64,000 nucleotides of DNA from Carcharhinus longimanus (lineage: Eukaryota): NCBI GenBank assembly GCA_030264375.1, contig JASCQW010000043.1, positions 49,283,657-49,347,656 on the forward strand, in the 5' to 3' direction. The notes under the pieces were generated by a model. The model ran no database searches and was not told where the DNA came from. It worked only from the letters and a program-made list of their open reading frames with translations. The position numbers were made by a program, and so were the translations under genes. The stretch's first letter is position 1. Each line of letters opens with the position of its first letter. This document shows positions 14,211-28,529 of this stretch, piece after piece.

Positions 14211-14485
14211 ACGTGGCACAGCAGTTAGCACTATTGCCTCACAGAACCAGGGACCTGGGTTAGATTCCCGCTTGGGTCACTGTCTCTGTGAAGTTTGCAT
14301 GTTCTCCCCGTGTCTGCATGGGTTTCCTCCAGATGCTCCGGTTTCCTCCACAGTCCAAAAAACATGCTTGTTAAGTGCATTGGCAATGCTAAATTCTACC
14401 TCAGTGTACCTGAATAGGTGCCAGAATTTGGCAACTAGGGGATTTTCAGTGCAGTGTTAACGTAAGCGTACTCGTGCCAATAAAT
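14211..14485 (+). mobile_element. HE1-like SINE with alternative tail
   Basis: tRNA-like head 'ggcacagcagttagcactattgcctcacag'; tail 'gtgtacctgaataggtgcc...gcagtgttaacgtaagcgtactcgtg'. Confidence 0.85.
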
Positions 14486-15789
14486 GATTACATTAACAAT
14501 AAACATTACCGTCTTGCACACAAAATCTGGTTGTTATAAAATAGACTGAACTCTGTTAAAAGGAAGACACATTTTAAGGGTCAGTCTTTATCTGCAGCAC
14601 ATATTGACATGTAGATCATGCTATGTGGCCAGTATAATTTTAAAACATTTGTCATATATATTAGCTTTATTAACCCTACATTATTTCAATCCTGAGAGTC
14701 AGCCTGTACTTCCACTGTAGAGGCACCGGGTGCCAGTACAGGAATGTCTGAGCTTGCAATCAAATTAACATGGATGTGTGCTTCAATCTGAAGAAATTAA
14801 AATCTAAATCTCTTCTTTAAAATTAACTTCCTACTGTACCTTGAAGGTTTAAAAAATGCTATCAGGCTATCAATCTCATGCGTTGGCTACCTAGTGAAAA
14901 TTCCAGCCACAAATTCAGCTCTGCTCTTGTGAGTTTATTTGCAATGGGTGGCCCCATTTACAACCTGCATGAACTGTTGTGTGAATATTTACCTAAATAA
15001 CAAGGTTGCACCTTCATCAACCACTCCCCAAATCCTTCATCCCCATTAACATAACTATTCTTTGCTTGAAAAAAAATTCACATCTTTTCTAGCTGTAAGC
15101 TGCATCAGCTTACAAAATTATCTCCGTTCCTATTTATCATTGCTGTGAAATTTATAATAGTTTCTTTTGAAACAGCAAACCTCGAGGCAGGAAAGCAGCA
15201 AAGCATCAAATTGCAAATGAGGCAGCAAGCAATGGGAAAAAAAGCCGAGGAGTGAGATCTGAGGCGACTGTCATTCAATGTGTTTGAAGGACAAATTTCC
15301 TACTGTTCCACCAACCCATCCCCTAGCTAAGCATATAATCTTCACTAAGTATTCTTCACAGTATTGAAGAATTAATTCCTTCCAACTCCTGTTCCTGCTC
15401 CATCCTGCGATAATCGTAATGGTTGGTGATCACCAGGTTAACAACAACAACTATTTGTTAATTAATACAAGCTATGTACAAAGTGCTTTAATATGCATCT
15501 TCTCCATCCAGCTCTAGGGTTGATTTTGATGGTAAAAGCCTGCGTTCAGCCCCGGAATTCACACTCTTCCACCACATTGAATGTCAGGCCACATGACCCT
15601 CTAGACACTCGCCTCTTAAAGGAGCTCGCTACTGCACATCCCTTTTGAGATAATTTATCTTCACTTTGCTATTCCATTATTCTTTGTCACTATCACAAAA
15701 TGAGTCTTCCCTTTGGGTAGCTGGAGTATCCATTGCTTTTAAGTAGTGGCTCTTTAAATATACCAATTCCCATCCAGTGAAATGCAGAT

Positions 15790-16025
15790 AACCCCAATTG
15801 TAATTTTAATGGAAAACTGGACAGAGCGTACGCTGCATGCACTCTCCACCCAGCTTTGTCGCATGGTGCAGCAGAAGACGGAGCAGAAAGGTGAGTTTAA
15901 AATCATTTTTTTGTGGGGCCAGGAATGCTTCTCAGCTGCCCCAGGGTTTTGGTCGGCACTGGAAAATTGCAGTGGGGATCCCACTTGCTGCCTGCAGCTT
16001 GGTACGCACAGCAAGGCTCAGCCCT
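15790..16025. mobile_element. GC-rich TIR-type element fragment
   Basis: Ends 'gctcagccc'; contains 'ggtgagtttaaaatc...tgtggggccagga'; GC-rich island. Confidence 0.4.
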
Positions 16026-17029
16026 AAAAATAGGACAAGCTTTCCTTGGCAGGACTGGGTGATGAGTCTGTCAACAATCTTAGAATCAACATCTTCTCAT
16101 CTGTCATTAATTGGATGCGTATTTATCTGTTGCATCATACTCTGCGTTGTAGCAAGTTAAAGTGCTGGTGGAAATTTAAAAGTTTTATGGTATGGATATG
16201 TGGCCTTATGTCTTAAAAGGGAGGTCATGTTGATGTAGACACAATTATTTATAGCTGATTAGAGAAAAAGATAAAATTTTGGCTCCTTATGTTAGTGCAA
16301 AGTAGGTACTGGTGAAACAATAGTCAGTTTTACATTGCTGCCAGATTTTATTTCCTTTCACATCACAATCACCTGTTGCACAAAGCCAGAATTACCCTAG
16401 AGTTTAATCCAACATGCATAAAATTGCTTTGTAATGACAAATGTTTAAATAAAAATTAGTTCAAATTTAAGTATTGGCAGTGTACCAATGTGCTTGTATC
16501 AGATTACAAGGAGGGAATTGCCCAATCACTATTACAGCGGCTGTGTTGTATACTAAGCCATTATGTCAAGCTTTAGCCCTTTCTTTTTTGCTTAATTTGG
16601 CACACCTTCAGTTGAATGATTCATGTGGTACCCATATCTCTGTGTTTGTACATTTGCCTAATAAATATTTCAGATATTGTAACTGTGTGATTGAAAAGGA
16701 CACGCAACAACTGAATTGAAAAGACAACCCGGATGGCAGTCAATATTGTCTGCACTTTTGCTGGTTCCTGCCAGTATTTCAATTATGCTCCAGGGATAGA
16801 ACCAATGTTTCCACACTGTCAAAGCAGACAATGAATAAACTTAGAAGTTGGAGATGTGTGCTTAGAGTCTGACTGGCCCACAAATTAAAATGAAGAATTT
16901 GTTCCAGCAGATTTCCAAAGGCATTCAGACAATGCCACATTTCAAAGAACACTCTTAAGTTACAAGTCAAAAATGTAATCGAATTTACTCGTTTAAAATC
17001 AATCTGCAATTGTTACATTTTTTCCTTTG

Positions 17030-17800
17030 CTATTTATAACTAAAGCAACAACTTTCACTGATATGTATTTGTCCCTTTAATGAAGTCAATTGTGTAAAGG
17101 CAGTTCATTAAAGAATTGGCAAAGAAACTTTAATGTCAAGCCACCTGAGGAGATACTAGGAAAGGTGACCAAGACTTTGGACGAAGAGACATATTTTAAA
17201 GATTATGTTAAAGAAGAGAGAAACAGAGAGGTTCAGAGAATGAAATACAAAACTTAGGACGTAGGCAGCTGAAGGCAGTGCTGCCAATGGTGCTAGAAAT
17301 TGCAAATGCACAAGTCTTCAGAATTGGAGGAACACCGTGATGTTGACAGGTTGGAACAGACAACAGAGATAGGGCACAGTGAGGCCAATTAAGGATGAAT
17401 TTGAAAACAAGGATGAGAATTTTAGTAATAATGATGACCAGGAATAAATGTATGGAAGCAAGAGCAGAGATGATCAGTGAATGGGCATTGGCTGAGGGTT
17501 AGGAGACAGGCAGCAGAGTTTTAGATGAACTCAAGTTTACGGAGAGCGCAAGGTGGAAAGGCAACCAGGAGGGCATTGGAATTGTCAAGTCTAGGGGTAA
17601 CAAGGAATGGTTGAGAGTCTGAGCTGAGAGAAGGTGGAGAAAATTGATCTTATGGAGGTGAAAGGAGACAGTATTGGTGTTGGATATGATATAGCGTCAG
17701 CAGCTCACCTCAGGGTCACCTAAGACACCAAGGTTGCAAACATTCTTGTTCAACTTCAAAAGTAGCCAGAAAATGAGATGGAGTCAGTGGTGGGGACCTA
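17030..17800 (-). mobile_element. L2-like LINE 3' fragment
   Basis: Reverse complement of the L2-like copies ('gcagctgaaggcagtgctgccaatggtg', 'tttgaaaacaaggatgagaatttt', 'gtcaagtctaggggtaacaagg'). Confidence 0.75.
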
Positions 17801-17831
17801 AGATAACATTTTCTGGCATATTCAGGATTAA

Positions 17832-18070
17832 TGTGGGACTGAGTACAGTACCACCCACACATTGATATAAGGGAACACATGACTCGTCTATGGGCAAGTC
17901 CATCTCCACATCAAGTCTAGTGTTGGACAGGGTTGTGCGTGTGAGCAAGCATGGAGACAGCTCCTAGCTTGAACCCTGTTCTGTGTACACGTACATAGAA
18001 CTTCTAGTGAACATATACATTTAACCTACCTAAGACTACAAAGACTTCACGAAGACCTACCAAACATTAT
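17832..18070 (+). mobile_element. Possible short Gypsy-like solo LTR
   Basis: Starts TGTG; TATA-like 'gatataaggg' followed by a T/G-rich segment; ends not confirmed. Confidence 0.3.
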
Positions 18071-18134
18071 CCAGCACACTAAAACAATTTACAAAACTTT
18101 TAACCCACAAATGATGTGATGGGACTTGGTAACA

Positions 18135-18945
18135 GCAGGAAATCTAGATTTTTCCACCTGCAACAGACATGGGGGGGTGGCTCCAACAAACCATGCCAAT
18201 CCCAGAGAATAGCATGCAGACCTAAGAATCAGCTTCACGCCTAGTGCAAACAGTGCATGGAATTCAGCGGCCTTCTGGTGCGGCACAAGAATCACTACTG
18301 GTGTCCACTGGCTGAGGGGGTGACGGGGGGAGGGGTGGATGCTGGCTGGAAACCATTGAAGCCCTTAGGTGATAAATGCATGGCCGGGTAATGCTGGTCA
18401 GGCACTGCCTACCTGGCAGTGCCCACCGGATGCCTGGTAGTGACCAAGCACTCCAGCAGTGCCAGTTGATCCTGCCAGTGTGCCAGAGGCAGTGCCAAAG
18501 GGTTCGATCATATCTGGGGTCAAGATGGGAGGGGGAGAAGAACGTCGGGGGTCATGTTGGGGTACATGTTAGGGTCATGATGGGCAGGTGCATGTCGGGG
18601 GTCAAGCAGGAGTATACATTGGGAGGGCCTTGATGTTGGTGACCCATGTCAGGGAAGGGGTGGAGAACATGCTGCAGATGAGGGGGGGGGTCCCGATCTC
18701 CATGAAGGAGAGAAGGGATCTCCCACTGCAATATGAGATCAGACGCCCTAGCGAAATAGTGCCCAAGCACTCTGATGCTGGGCTTACTGGCATGTTAAGG
18801 CCCCGTCCCTCAGTTCTGGCACAGAATTCCTAACTCTCCAAAAAAGTGATTGAATGTGGGAGAATTGCAGTGCAGCATGCACCTGAGAGACTGGTGCGGA
18901 TCAGTCCATTATTCTCACCATTATGATACTTGGGAGAATTCTGCT
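18135..18945. mobile_element. GC-rich TIR-type element
   Basis: GC-rich; 'ggcactg...cagtgcc' motifs shared with 31570-32275; right end 'gggagaattctgc'. Confidence 0.6.
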
Positions 18946-20043
18946 CAGTATTTAATTCCTCTTCGGTAACATTCTTCACCTTGATAAACAGGAATTTATC
19001 CAGGCAATATTCCACAGAAAAAACTTATTTTCAATTTCCAGAAAATATTGCACTATGAAAACAGACAGCCTGGTCTGACAACAGAGTGAAATGAATTCTC
19101 TGGGCTTTTAAGTGCAGATGTCAATTTGAAAGTGGTCACTGGATGAAGCAGAGCAAGTTGTCTAATTGATATCATCCCATGAGGAACCTTCTATAACCCC
19201 AGTTAAACACTTCATGTTACACTGAAATTGATACACTTAATCTAAGTAGCATATTCTGTCATTGCCTTATTCCAAATATAAAAAAAAGTGATGTAAGCCA
19301 AGATCCTCCAATGTAACTCTACACCTACCTTATTTTGTGCTTTCTTTACACTGACAAGCAGGTGCACATGTAACATAAGCATGAGGATTCATTACTGCAA
19401 ATGTTCGCAAGTTTGAAAACATAAACAGATGAAAATATTGTTAATATCCTCTGACTTTATAGCATTTAATTAATCCTCGCTAATCCTCAGGATCTACATT
19501 TTAGCCTCTGTATTCATATATATGGTGACACTTGTGTGGAGATAGTCGCATGAGTGGTGGCAGCTTCTGCTACCCCACACTGTTGGCTTGGATCTAGATA
19601 GTGAGTGCTAGTTTGGTACTGGATCACGCAATTTCAACCAAGCTTGACTCTGTCTTCATCTGCTGACTAACGATTAGAGTTTACTGGATAAACGTCTCAG
19701 AGCAGGAGATATTTCTCCTCTCTCCAGTCCAAAGACACTGAGACTGATTGTCATGCTGCTGCAGCCAAGGTCAGCTGGTTCAATGCAAGTCGGTTCCGGG
19801 ACCTCCCTGATCAGTCACACAAGGCATGAGCCAAGTCACCAGCGGCAGTCACAGGATTAAATCCTCTGACAACAAATACCAACAAATTTGACCACGTGAA
19901 CACATTCAGCAAATAGGCCATCGCAACAAGCTTCAATCTCCACTGCTCACAAAGATTTACTTGTCAACTGTTTACAGTCAAATTGAAATCAACTGATGAT
20001 CTAATTTACTGATTTAAAGACATAAAACACAAGATCATTAACG

Positions 20044-20368
20044 TAGAATCACAGAAACCCTACAGTACAGAAGGAGGCCCATCGGGTCTGAACAACAACA
20101 ATCCCACCCACTCCCATCCCCGTAACCCCACGTATTTGCCCTGCTAATCCCTCTAACCTACACATCCCGGGATGCCAAGGGGCAATTTAGCATGGTCAAT
20201 TAACCTAACCCGCACAAGTTCGGACTGTGGAAGGAAACTGGAGCACCTGGAGGAAACACACGCAGACACGGGGAGAATGTGTAAACTCCACACAGACAGC
20301 GACCCAAGACGGGAATCGAGCCCAGGCTCCTGGAGTAGTAAGGCAGCAGTGCTAACTACTGTGCCACA
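20044..20368 (-). mobile_element. HE1-like SINE with CR1/HER1-type tail
   Basis: Near full-length homolog of 3751-4107. Confidence 0.9.
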
Positions 20369-21239
20369 TACATTATCTTGTAATAATTTGCAATTTTAAT
20401 CAACATAACAGCATTGTTGACTATAATTGCTTTCTTTCACTGTTCACCTTCATGTAATTTAAGTATTCATTAGTCTACATCAATGATAATAATGTGCTGC
20501 CACATTATTGGAAGATACTTCTAATGCCCACTGAATTATGGAAGTAGCAGTCAGCTAGCCTCAAGTCTAAGTGGGCATTTAATTGTGGTTCACTGCTGCA
20601 GTTTTTGCCACTATAGAAGAGGTGAGAGAGTTCAATAAAGAGAAAAAAGAGATATATGAATTTAAGGCAGAATCCTCCTAACTTGCTGCTGCTCACCTCC
20701 TACTCATCAGTCACACAGCAGCATGAGTAGGAGGAGGAAACCCTGTCTGTGAATGGATGTGATATGGATCTCCAAAGTGGAAAAAGATATAATTAAAATT
20801 TGCTCTCATAAACCACTGAAAGGTGATAGATTTTATTTATTTTACTGGAATACTGTACAAATTAGTACCAGCTTTTAGCATGTCTTAACACATTAACACT
20901 AGCAGGAGACCAGCAGAATGCAGAGGATCACAATAACACTGGCTCAGTGACCTGCTTCATTGCAAATTAACTTAGAAACAGATGTTGGGCAGATGTGTTA
21001 GTAACAACCCACACTACTGTTTTCTCTTGGCATCTCTCTCATTGTAAACAGCACAGCAACAAACAACATTAACATTGAGGGCACCCTTTTCTTTCCAATT
21101 GCACTTGAGAAAGAAATTTCCTTTCATTTGGTGGAGATNNNNNNNNNNNNNNNNNNNNNNNNNNNNNNNNNNNNNNNNNNNNNNNNNNNNNNNNNNNNNN
21201 NNNNNNNNNNNNNNNNNNNNNNNNNNNNNNNNNNNNNNA

Positions 21240-21452
21240 CAGGCCCTGACCGCTGGGTTCCCTTCCTAAACATCTCTGTCCCCCTCTCTCCATCGTTAAT
21301 GGATTCCTTAAAGTCTATCGCTTTGATCAAGTATTCCTTCATCCGCCCCAATATCCATTCATGTGATTCATCTACGAATTTTGTTTGCTAACATTCGGGT
21401 GAAGTGCCATGGGATGGTTTTTGACAATGAAAGGTGCTATATAAATGCAAGT
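21240..21452 (+). mobile_element. L2-like LINE 3' end
   Basis: Ends 'gtgaagtgccatgggatg...aaaggtgctatataaatgcaag', the L2/DeuSINE-type terminus. Confidence 0.65.
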
Positions 21453-21821
21453 GATGATGGCTCATTTGACTTTCAGTTTGGAATTCACTTTACGTGAATG
21501 AAGTTATTCCCCCTGTGAGAATCTGATACATCCAATAACTCGGGACAAACACAGAGAAGCTCGAGCGGTAACTGACTTCAATAAATTATAACAAATTATA
21601 AAAGTGTTTTTTTAGGTGTTCTGCCCTGGTGAGCGTAATGAACTGTGGAACATGTGGGACAATTGTGCTGCTCAGGCTTTAGCACAGGTGGCCCTCTTTA
21701 CTGGCCAACAAGATCGATGTCTGACTGTTTCTGAGTCCAAGTCAAACAAAAGTCCAAAATGAAAGTAAGCTCGTTGGAAAATGAACAAAGTAATTAGTGG
21801 GGGTTGGGCGTTGTGCTTAGT

Positions 21822-21920
21822 TGACAATAATCTGCTCACTGATGCTTGGTTTGGGTTCTGCTCGGGCCACTCAGCTCCTGACCTCAATGCAGCTTCTTCT
21901 AAACATGAACAAAAGGATTA
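21822..21920 (+). mobile_element. LINE reverse-transcriptase fragment (CR1/L2 group)
   Basis: Translates DNNLLTDAWFGFCSGHSAPDL, a decayed version of the RT motif NLL.D.QFGFR.GHS. Confidence 0.65.
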
Positions 21921-22175
21921 ATGTTTGAAGACATTCACTGTAACAAAGGACTAAAAGCATCAATGACTAAACAGTTTCTTTGTAGGCAATTTATACTTCA
22001 AACTACAGAACAGAATATCCCCTTTTATTTTAGCACAATCATGAAAACATATTGCATCAATATACATTACACTGCCCTTCAAGTAGACAATCAATTTTCG
22101 TGAAATCAGTCCAGAATAAATCTAGTCTCCTGAGGATTTACTTCTCTTCATTTCCTTTCTCAGCCCAGAACTGTC

Positions 22176-22468
22176 CTTAGTGGTGAGCACTGCTAACCTT
22201 ATAGCACCAGGGACCTGGGTTCAATTCCCAACTTGGGTCACTGTCTATGTGGAGTTTGCATGTTCTCCCAATGTCTGCGTGGGCTTCCTTCAGGTGCTCC
22301 GATTTCCTCCCACAGTCTGAAAGACATGCTGGTTAGATGCATTGGTTGTGCTAAATTCTCCCGCCGTGTACCCAACAGGCGCCGGAGTGTGGTGACTAGG
22401 GGATCGTCACAGTAGCTTCATTGCAGTGTTACTGTAAGCCTACTTCTGACACTAATAAATAAATTTAA
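22176..22468 (+). mobile_element. HE1-like SINE with alternative tail
   Basis: B box 'ggttcaattccc'; tail 'aacaggcgccggagtgtggtgactagggg...gtaagcctacttctgacactaataaataaa'. Confidence 0.9.
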
Positions 22469-25400
22469 ATCAATAAGGACAGAAGGTCATAGTTTGCTGC
22501 TCTGCTTTGAAGCAGATGACCGAAACACAGCAAGCTTCTGACATGCATGAAGCAGTATGGGCTATTTCTGTTGGATCTTCTGTGCCAACCTTCATTTAGT
22601 GTGAAAGTTAAGCTCCTGCGCTGGAAGAGGTGAAAACCTGCCTCAGAAGGTAGGGTTTCAGGAAGACTAGTGGCCAGAATGAAAGGAAGAGGTACGAAGA
22701 TAAATACCTGAATCAATTTTTTGATGGTTTGAAAAATTGAACTGCCGGTGCATGCGGTGGGTACAGGAGGATTATCTTGTCCACTCCTGTAGAGTAACTT
22801 CTCCAAAGAACAACTGTGGAGCATGCCTATCAGGTGGTGATGACTTGGTTTGCCAATGTGTGACCTATCCGCATGACCGAGGAAACAATACATAACATCC
22901 CTTAAGGAAGCTACCATGCTAAGATTGCAAAACAACACTAGATCAACTATAATCCAATTGAATGGCAGAGCAAGTTGAAAGGGCTGAATTACTATGCCCT
23001 GTGTACAATTTATCAGACAGGTCGCCCAGGTATGTATGCCCCAAGAAAAAATGGTTGGTCTACCTGATCACCAGCAGACTCTTCTTCCAGGCTGGTAATG
23101 ATGAAAGGATCACATGTTTGACACATGTTTAGCTCAAAGTCAAGTCTTCAGATTGAGTTTGTGTTACAAGATTGTGTACAACGATTTGTATGATTGTGTA
23201 TATGTCTGTGGAAATGAGTTAAACTCGATTTTAACACATATGAGCAGGGCAGTCCTAACCCTCAACTTGGAAAAGATTGTTGAATGGAAGCTTTTCTAAA
23301 AGCATGAAGAATCTGTAATATCTGAGCCATCTTCCAGGTTAGATCTACTCTCGTCCAATATATCATCTTGTTGCTATGCAAACAAGAGTGACGGTCTTGA
23401 ATTGCTGTCAGCTGGGGAGCACATGTTGGCCTTATGAAGTCCTCACTCAATCCTACGGTCCTTTCATTACTAATCATTGCAATTCATTTTGTATCGCTGA
23501 AGGTGAAGCATTGCCCCGCAGCCATGAACTGACACCACAGAGGAGCTACAGATTGGATACACTGCTGTCATATTGTGCTCTCCTCAAACACTTCACTCTC
23601 ACACATGGTCAATCCAAACGTTTATCATGAGAATGGGCATCGTCCTATCAAGCAATTTCCCTAACAACAGCCTAGTATACATTTTAGCTACATTTGCCTT
23701 ATTTCCAAAATTCTAGTTTTATTTTTACCTCCTCCTGCCAAAAATGATACACTTACATCTAAATAAACAATACAGGTTTTCTATGAAGAATGGAGCCATG
23801 AGTCTACAATCCCAGTGCAGAGCACTAATGCACACGCCCAGGGTCCTGTGACAGTACCTTGGCATATTGGTCCATTGGTTCCATGATCATCAGCCACAAC
23901 TCTAGAAGCAACTCATCACTCTGGAATGGACTTTATACATTTTAACAAAATAAGCTTGAGGATAAGAATGGATACAATCATTGGAAATCAGCATAATTCC
24001 ATGTAAATGTCTGTGTTTTATTGGTTACTTATGAATTCTTCCACATTTATAGGATTTAAGCAATCCCAGCTTTTAGAAACTACCATAGATTGTTATCTTT
24101 AAGGTTTTGTTTAGAAAGGGGTCTACTAAGATGGCCTCCATTGAAGAACATAGCAACTAAACTATTAAATAGTAGGACATTGGATCTTCTTGGAATTCAA
24201 AATGATTTTGTATGGAGTTTATTGCATGTTACAGCCAACACGTAGCAAAACTAACTGACAATACTCTTGCCTCTCAGACACCGGGAAATAAACGGCAAGT
24301 GAGAACAGATGAAATCTCCACAGGTACTTTGACACAGGATGAGATAGAATATCCAGGCCTCACAAAGAAGACAATCACTTACAGAGTTGTCATATGTCAC
24401 ACTTATTCAAAGAATGCTATAAACATTAACATTTTGGCTCTAATTTTTTCTGTATTTCTTAACTAGGAGAATACACTAAATTCAGTTTTGGGACTGAATG
24501 TTGGTGCAACAGTAAGAGACTAACAACCTGTATATGCTGGATACCAGTTGTATATAATATTTGAATATAAAAACTTATTCTTGGTCTATGTACTGCCAGA
24601 GAAGTTACATTATTGTTCCAATTTAGACAATATTGAAAATCAAGCAAGAGTGGAGACACGTATAGATCAAAGTCTCCTTTCTCTGTAGGATATCAGGGAA
24701 CCAGCTTTTGTGGTCATTCATTTTTTTATTCCAGCCCATAATTACAGATTTACGGAATGCAATTTCACAACTTCTCAAAGTGGGATTTAACCTCAAAACC
24801 TGGACCACAATATCCAAATCCCACAGGTACACAAATGGAATTGTTAATGCCACCAAATATTATCCGGGGTGTGCAAGATTCCCATAAGTGAATCAGATGC
24901 CAATCTTCCTAACCCTCCTGCTCCTCCCCAAAAAGACTGATGCCAATTAGTGAAAAAATAATTTGTTGATATCCCCTTGCTGGCTCAAATGCCTTTCCAT
25001 GACAATTTAATTTACAGCCGACATCCAAGTATGTGAGGTATGTGAGCATAACCTCAAAATTACGTTTAATGGGATCTACCCATTATTGTCCTTAACTTCC
25101 ATCACTCCAATGGCACCCTAAATGCTTTGGCAATTATTTAGGTATGTGTTGAAACTGTGATCTTGCAATTTCTGTGGATGAAATTTTCAATTGTGCATCA
25201 GCAAGAGTGCCTATAACTAAAAGCAACTGCCCAGTGTCACTGCACTCGCTCTTACATTACTTATAGTCAGATTGCAACAGTATGAGGATTCTTTAAAATA
25301 CTCTAATAAGAAGTTTTTATAAAGCAAGAGTTTAAAATGACAAAGATCACATAAAACCGTTGGAATGTGAGAACACTGTGCCACTGCCTGGAGCAGCAAC

Positions 25401-26793
25401 TTATTCGCCAAGTTGCCAAGAAATCTAATTGAATTTCATCCCTCCATACAAACAGCTTTTCTTTATTCTGTAGTTGGGAACAACATCAAAGCCATTTCTT
25501 TGAATGTTAAATATATTCTCTGTTTTTAAAGTTGAGACTGTGCACCTGGACAAATATAACTGCAATTATGTCAAATTAATAATCTAGCCAAGATTGTTAA
25601 AATCTACAGAATGATAGAAATTCTACCACTAACAACCTAGAAAATTATACTTGGCGACCAGATCTATCATTAACTTCTAAAATAAATCCAGAGAGAAGAA
25701 TGGTATGTCTCTTACATCTTCAACATCTTAACCACATTGGAATTGCATTAATTGGAACTGCCATTTGCTGTAATTAGGCCACTAGTGGGAATAAGACACA
25801 TCAAGCAGTGTTGTCAAACTATATTGATAGTGGAGGACAGGAACAGCAGTGGAAGCATTAATGGAGGGCAGTTGGAGACTTGGGGGGAGAAGAGTCCAAG
25901 CTTGTTCTATGAGAATAGATGCATATACTTAAATGAATTGGAGAAGAGTTCCAGGTTGAATTAATGGAAGAAATGCAGAAGCTTGTCAGCTTGAAGTGGG
26001 AGAATGGTTAGAATTTTAAAGCTCTGGAAAGAAAGAAGATTGGAATGCATGTAAATGCATCGAAATTAAAATGGTCAGTTGTGATGATGACATACATGGA
26101 TGCCAATATATGCCCACAGGTATGTTGTGTTTCTAACGGTGGTGAAGGCTGACCACATACAACTGTTTCATAAGACCATACATACTTTGAATTACTCAGC
26201 CCCTAAGATGACCAGTGGACATGGCCCACAAACACAGGACCAAACACATCATGCCATCATCTTTGACAAACTGATAGGTAAACAAAAACAATATAAACAA
26301 AGATGAAACATGTCTGGGTGAGCTATTTTTAAACACAGTAAAAGAGAATAATGTTACTGTCAGTCAGAATCTGACGTCATGATACAGAATAATTGGAGCC
26401 TTCAGCTGTGTTGGTATCGCTATGTTTTGCAGCCCTTGAAGGGATCAAGGAAAAGAATGGGATCTTTCACCATGTAATTTCCTTTTCTGCTTTTTACATT
26501 TTTATTTATTTTGTGCTGTTCTAAAGTAAGTCATTAAAATTAATACAAAACTTGTGATGAAAATTTGCAGTCCAAGAATCAGATTGTAATTTCGATGCTT
26601 CATGTCAGATTAGGATGGTCAGTAGTGAGTCATTCAGTATTGCGTAACCAGTGACTTTGATTGTTCAGCTTACCCAACTTTCAAAGGAAAAACGTATGGG
26701 ATAGTTTATAAGGCTGGTGAGAAGTATTGCTGGAAGCCATCAACTACAATGCATTTGTCTTTTGTTACTGATACAATGTTTGGCTGCTATAAG

Positions 26794-27168
26794 GGAGGTG
26801 ATAGCCTAATGGTATTATCGCTAGACTATTAATCCAGAAACTCAGCTAACATTCTGGGGAGCCAGGTTAGAATCTAGACATGGCAGATTTTGAATTCAAT
26901 TTTTAAAAATTTGGAATTCAGAATCTACTGATGGCCATGAAACTATTGGAAAAACACAAGTGATTCATTAATGTTCTTTAGGGAAGGAAATTCGCTGTCC
27001 TTATCTGGTCTGGCTTACATGTGACTCCAGAGCCATAGCAATGTGGTTGACTCTCAGTTGTCCTCTGAAATAGCCTAGCAAGCCACTCAGTTCTTGGGCA
27101 ATGAGGGATGGACAATAAATGCTGGCCAGCCAGTGATGCCCATGTCCCACAAATGAATTTTTTAAAAA
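26794..27168 (+). mobile_element. tRNA-derived SINE with LINE-shared tail (third family)
   Basis: Head 'gatagcctaatggtattatcgctagact'; tail 'gggaaggaaattc...gggatggacaataaatgctggccagccagtgatgccc' then an A-rich end; reverse copy at 47775-48097. Confidence 0.8.
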
Positions 27169-27530
27169 AGCTTCTATTTTTATTTTGACATTTTCTCAAT
27201 GTTGACTTAATTTCTTGTCTCCTTCTTGCCAATTTGCATATTACTGCTCTCTCATATTCCCAACTAGCACCTTTCCAGTCTTTCTAACATCTGATTCCTA
27301 AAGAAAGTTTGTGATTAGACTGCAAACTGCTTCAAAATTCTGATTTATTTCCGAACCTGAGAGAATTGCATAATTCACATCTCCATTGTAGCTTGCATTA
27401 AACCTACACATTTCAGATTGGGGTTTATGTTAGATCCAGATTCCAGTATAATAAACAGTTAAGGTTTTCACACAAAATCTTTACACCTTCAACGTTAATC
27501 CAGTTTTTTTCCCCAAAAAGAATCCATGTT

Positions 27531-28010
27531 TGTGATGAGACTGTGCCTTTAAGAAATGTATTTTAGTCATATTTCTGTGCTGAATGCGTTTCCGAGTCTC
27601 TTCCATTTTATCGGCCTTTTTATCTGGATCCAGAAGCACTATATTTTTTTCTGCAGCAACATAATTGATCTTAATTGACGCAGTGTTTGTTTTTTAATTG
27701 AATTAATTCAGAGTTCTGTTGTGTTTTCCATATTGCAGAGTGGAGTTTGACTGGGTTGATTGACAGGTAGGATCAAGTGACTGGGTAGAACTAAGCTTTC
27801 ACAGAGAACTCAAGGCAGTCTGTTTTTTGGGAGAAGAATAAATGCCTCCCTTTTGCTCACTCTCTGAGGTCTGGAGTCTGGAATCTGCCAGGAAGTCTTT
27901 TCCTCTGAGATTCTACAGTTTAAGGGTGGAGCCTTCTCTGGAAGATGCTGCATGAGAACTAGAAGACATGTGCCTGTCTGGATCACTCCCCAGAAGTGTC
28001 AAAAGGCTAG
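27531..28010 (+). mobile_element. LTR-like remnant
   Basis: Starts 'tgtgatgagactgtgcctttaag', similar to the minus-strand start of 46975-47260 ('tgtgatagcatggtacctttaag'). Confidence 0.4.
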
Positions 28011-28529
28011 AAATTGGTACCTCCCAAAATTGGTACCTACTTCAACATTTTTTAAAATATTCTAATAACTCTCCATGTATGGGCACGCTGAAAAAATAGA
28101 AAAATATTTACAGAGAATATGACAATGGTTTCCATCAAACAGATAATAAACTGATGTACTCAGAAAAAATACAAAGCTCAATTAGACACATCCTGATAGC
28201 TCAACAAAGAAAACATTTAGAAATACACAGAATAATCCTGTACTCCATAATGCTAATCATGTACATTATCTGAAAATATGGTTAATTAATTATTTTACAT
28301 CAGCAAGAACAAAAATGTTTTGCATCAAATGATGCCAACCACACAATACTCCATCTACACGATAAAATATATTTTGTAATAATTCAATGTTAGTTATTTT
28401 GTACGTCATTATGTTACCCCTTTTTCTAAATCTTCTCATGCAACACATAGATTCCAACTGAGAAAGAGGTCAGATGATTTTGGATCTCAGTTTACTGAAA
28501 GCACCTATTTCCAGATTTTTAGCAATAAT

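Noticed and set aside
21672-21920. Minus-strand ORF with a good acceptor
   Set aside because: Antisense of a LINE RT fragment (QFGFR-like motif on the plus strand).
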